Assembly (NCBI RefSeq): GCF_001194135.2
Contig: NC_068999.1
Span: 19,623,031-19,661,337 of the forward strand
Direction of reading: 5' to 3'
Length of the DNA: 38,307 nucleotides
From: Octopus bimaculoides
Taxonomy: Eukaryota
Part shown: positions 35,021 through 38,307 of the stretch, piece by piece
Layout of the letters: each line of letters opens with the position of its first letter
Numbering within the stretch: position 1 is the first letter of the stretch
Notes under the pieces: generated by a model
What the model was told of the DNA's origin: nothing
Databases searched by the model: none
What the model saw: only the letters and a program-made list of their open reading frames with translations
Made by a program: the position numbers and the translations under genes

Positions 35021-36552
35021 ATGATACAACCAAATCTTACTTTAAAAGGTCTTAACAGACCTCATCAAGTGGTCACATATCTTGGGTCCATCTTTCGCCG
35101 AAACATATCTGATTTAGCTAAGTTATCTTTCAAAGCTTTGCCTACATCACTTACATTATTTGTATTCATTAGTTAATGCTTAGCTCTGATGCAGTGGAAA
35201 ATCTGTTCTTGTTTTTTTTTTAATGCTGGCAAAATTTATCTACGACATTACTATCCCGTATGAAACTCATTTTTTTTTCAGAGATTTCAGAGATTCATAC
35301 AGTTTTGTTGAGATTGTATACTTCTTTACTTCCAGCGTATGGACACGTTTAATGGCTGTTATTTTTGATAAAATTTGCATATAACTTGAAGGAAATCGAG
35401 AGTGTGTGGAAAATGTATGATTGATTTTATACCTCTAAAAATGTAAGATTTAGTAAAGTCTCATTTTAATGTAAAATGCTATGTCCCCTCATTGCACATA
35501 AATGTAAATGATAAATCATGTATTTTATGCGAATAAAATCGGTAAAGCGCTTAAACAGCCATGTGATTTAAACTGGTTAACGAGTTAACGAATATATTTA
35601 GTGTTTATAAGACGAAACTTGGAAAATATTGAAGTGGATGAATCCTGGAACTTTAGCTTGCAGACACATGATTATACGATATACAGTCAAGTGCTCATAA
35701 TTTTACATTAAAAAAATGTAAATATTATAATCAAATAAATGTTTTACCACTGTCAAAAGACTACGAATTCGTGCAAAAACAAGCTGTGAATCTAAGAAAT
35801 TAGAATGGTTGAATAATGAAAAACGTTTCCTGCTTCTATTGAATTCAAGTGAAATCATTTCCTCTGAGTACTTTTTTAATAATAATTTTCACTAGAAGAT
35901 AGGAGAACCTACAGTAATTTAATGACTAAATGTTGCGGATTGCACGGTATAATTTTACTAAAGTTTATAGAATATCTTCCTGTCACTATTTACCATCCTG
36001 GTTTAATTTAGTATTGTAGATCCGTAGTAATTCTACATATACACATTTAGTTCCAAACTAAATTTCTTCATAATTTCTTCCACAAACGTAATTTTAACCA
36101 ATTAAATCCTCTATAAATCCCTTCTCCAAAATCTCTTTATTAACTTAGGTCAATGTGGTAGAGACTCTTATGTTCAGGCATCTTTCTTATTTAGTTTCAA
36201 TATGTTTCATTTTATCAATGGGAAGACAATAAAACAATGTGCCAGTTAATTATAGCAACAACATAACTAAGAGATACCCCTCCTGAAAATTAAAAAAAAA
36301 AATTTCCTGTGAAAGAAATCCACATTCTCTAATAATATTACTAAAAATTCTGCTGCTTTTAAGAAGAAGATATATACGAGCTTATGCTAAACGTTTTGAT
36401 CTTTCGGTAGAAGAAAATACAGGAGAATTATAATTTTATTCAATATATTCCACTCTCAGATTCACACCTTTATTGCACCGGTGTTTAGTGTTATAAGCCT
36501 TTTAAAATAAGCCGGCCGTTCAGGACACCCATAAAGCAAGGAGCTTACCATG

Positions 36553-36580
36553 ACCCCCTCATAATATATTATGAGGGGGT
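36553..36580. repeat. Perfect 28-bp spacerless palindrome
   Basis: accccctcataata|tattatgagggggt. Confidence 0.95.
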
Positions 36581-37473
36581 GCTGCATCTTTTGTTTATAT
36601 GCCCATGAATTACCATTTTTCTGCCGAATTATTTCTAGTTAAAGCGATAGATGTTTTCGAGTTCAGCATAATTCATTAATCTGATGTTTAGACAATCCAT
36701 ATAACTGTATCAACCTTCACTGTGACATAACATATATTCCTTCGTATCCAGCTCCCTCTGAAAATGAGTGGACTGACAATAACTTATAAATCATATCGGT
36801 GAAATAACAACCCTCAATTCGAGTGGAACAATTTGTATCTTGTATTGTCCCTCTTCCGAGAATATGATTCAACATTTTTAAATGCTATATTATTTTATGT
36901 TTGATGATACTCAGATTAGATATCATCCCATTTCCAGATGTCAATCCAATTTTATTTTTTTCTTAATCACAATTTTGTGTAGTCTTCGAATTCAAAAAAT
37001 TGAAAGCATAGTAAACACCATTAATAAAATCAGGGTGTAATTTGTGGGGGGGAATTTTGATACTATGTTAAGCCGTCGTGTAAACATTTCTTCTGTAAAT
37101 TATTTTATTAGTAATAAAATCTTCTCTATTTTACAACATATTTTGAAATGCAAGATGTGGTTCTGTTTTTAGCATGTCTCAAGGAGATTTGGCTGTTTTC
37201 CTGGGGCTTCAACTGATCTCTTGACGATAATTACTCTAGCAGATATGCATGGATAAATAATCATGTATGCTTGTATCCACGCCTGTATAAGCGTTTGGGT
37301 GTGCATATATGTCTGTGATTGTATGTGCATATATATTATTCAAACATGCATACATGTATGAATACATATATGCACACACAAACAGCCACCCCATATATAT
37401 ATATATCAGTAGATGGTTGAGTAAATTATGTATATGTGCATGGTTTGTTTATACGTGTTTAGATCTTCATTGT

Positions 37474-37548
37474 TCTCTCTCTCTCTCTCCCCCCCTCTCA
37501 CTCTCCCTCATGTTCTCTCTCTCTCTCTCACTCTTCCTCTTTCTCTCT
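37474..37548. repeat. Imperfect (CT)n pyrimidine tract
   Basis: Read directly. Confidence 0.85.
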
Positions 37549-38251
37549 GACCGATGCCGGTCCTCTGCTAATTAGAATATACGACACCTTAATCATCTTA
37601 AACTTTTCTTCCTTTCTCATTCACATAATTGTATATCGTTGAAATAAATTGCTATTTTATCTCTTCTGAAGGAAAGTTTCTAATGACGCGTTAGGATTAT
37701 TTTGTTGTTCTCAGCATAAAGATGTATGGCCCTACTTAATCTAAAAGTGATATAAACTAGTGCAACCAAACCTATAATATATCTGAGAGGGGAATCATAT
37801 AAAAGCGTTATGCAAACATCACAAGTTATAAGTTCACATATTAATTTTCATTTATACTTCCTCTAGATCTTAAGATTAGTTGTTAAGAACTTCGGTTCTT
37901 TGGGCAATTTAAATTGCTTAAGAAATCCGCATTGGATAACAATTATACAAATCCGTATATATAATATTAACGAAAGTCTTGCCAATTCAGAACCCATAAT
38001 TATGTAAGAAATACGATAAAAAAAAACAAGTATGCAGGTCGCTAAAAAAATGCGGATGTATGTATATGTATGTGTGCGAGAGTGCGTGTGTATGTATATG
38101 TGTGCATCGGCATATATACATATAAGGGGGTATGTCTATCTCTCTCTATATATTTATATATATGGTGTAGTGTGTAAGTATGTATATATTATTTATGTAT
38201 TCATGTTTGTGTATATGATTATAGATGTGCATGAATAAATGTTCAACTACT

Positions 38252-38307
<56 letters not shown>

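Overview
AT-rich, microsatellite-dense eukaryotic DNA from a draft assembly with 13 N-gaps, most of them flanked by simple repeats. No host protein-coding gene, rRNA, tRNA or CRISPR array can be supported; nearly all ORFs in the track are simple-repeat or N read-through. The repeat families look like octopod cephalopod (Octopus-like) sequence, an inference from my recall of its SINEs and LINEs, not a database result. Decayed mobile elements found: five copies of one tRNA-type SINE; two fragments of a second SINE; a Tc1 (DD34E) transposase relic interrupted by a SINE with a 6-bp target-site duplication; two Tx1/L1-like LINE ORF2 fragments in opposite orientations; an R4/Dong-like LINE 3' end; and a CR1-like RT 3' fragment. 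The most unusual observations are: (i) three unrelated long fold-back structures packed into 5.5-7.8 kb; (ii) a minimal hammerhead-ribozyme-like motif at 8104-8140; (iii) two cases where complementary halves of a mobile element lie in opposite orientation, each bounded by (TA)n tracts, suggesting (TA)n-bounded inversions or contig mis-orientation; (iv) perfect palindromes of 42, 28 and 58 bp.
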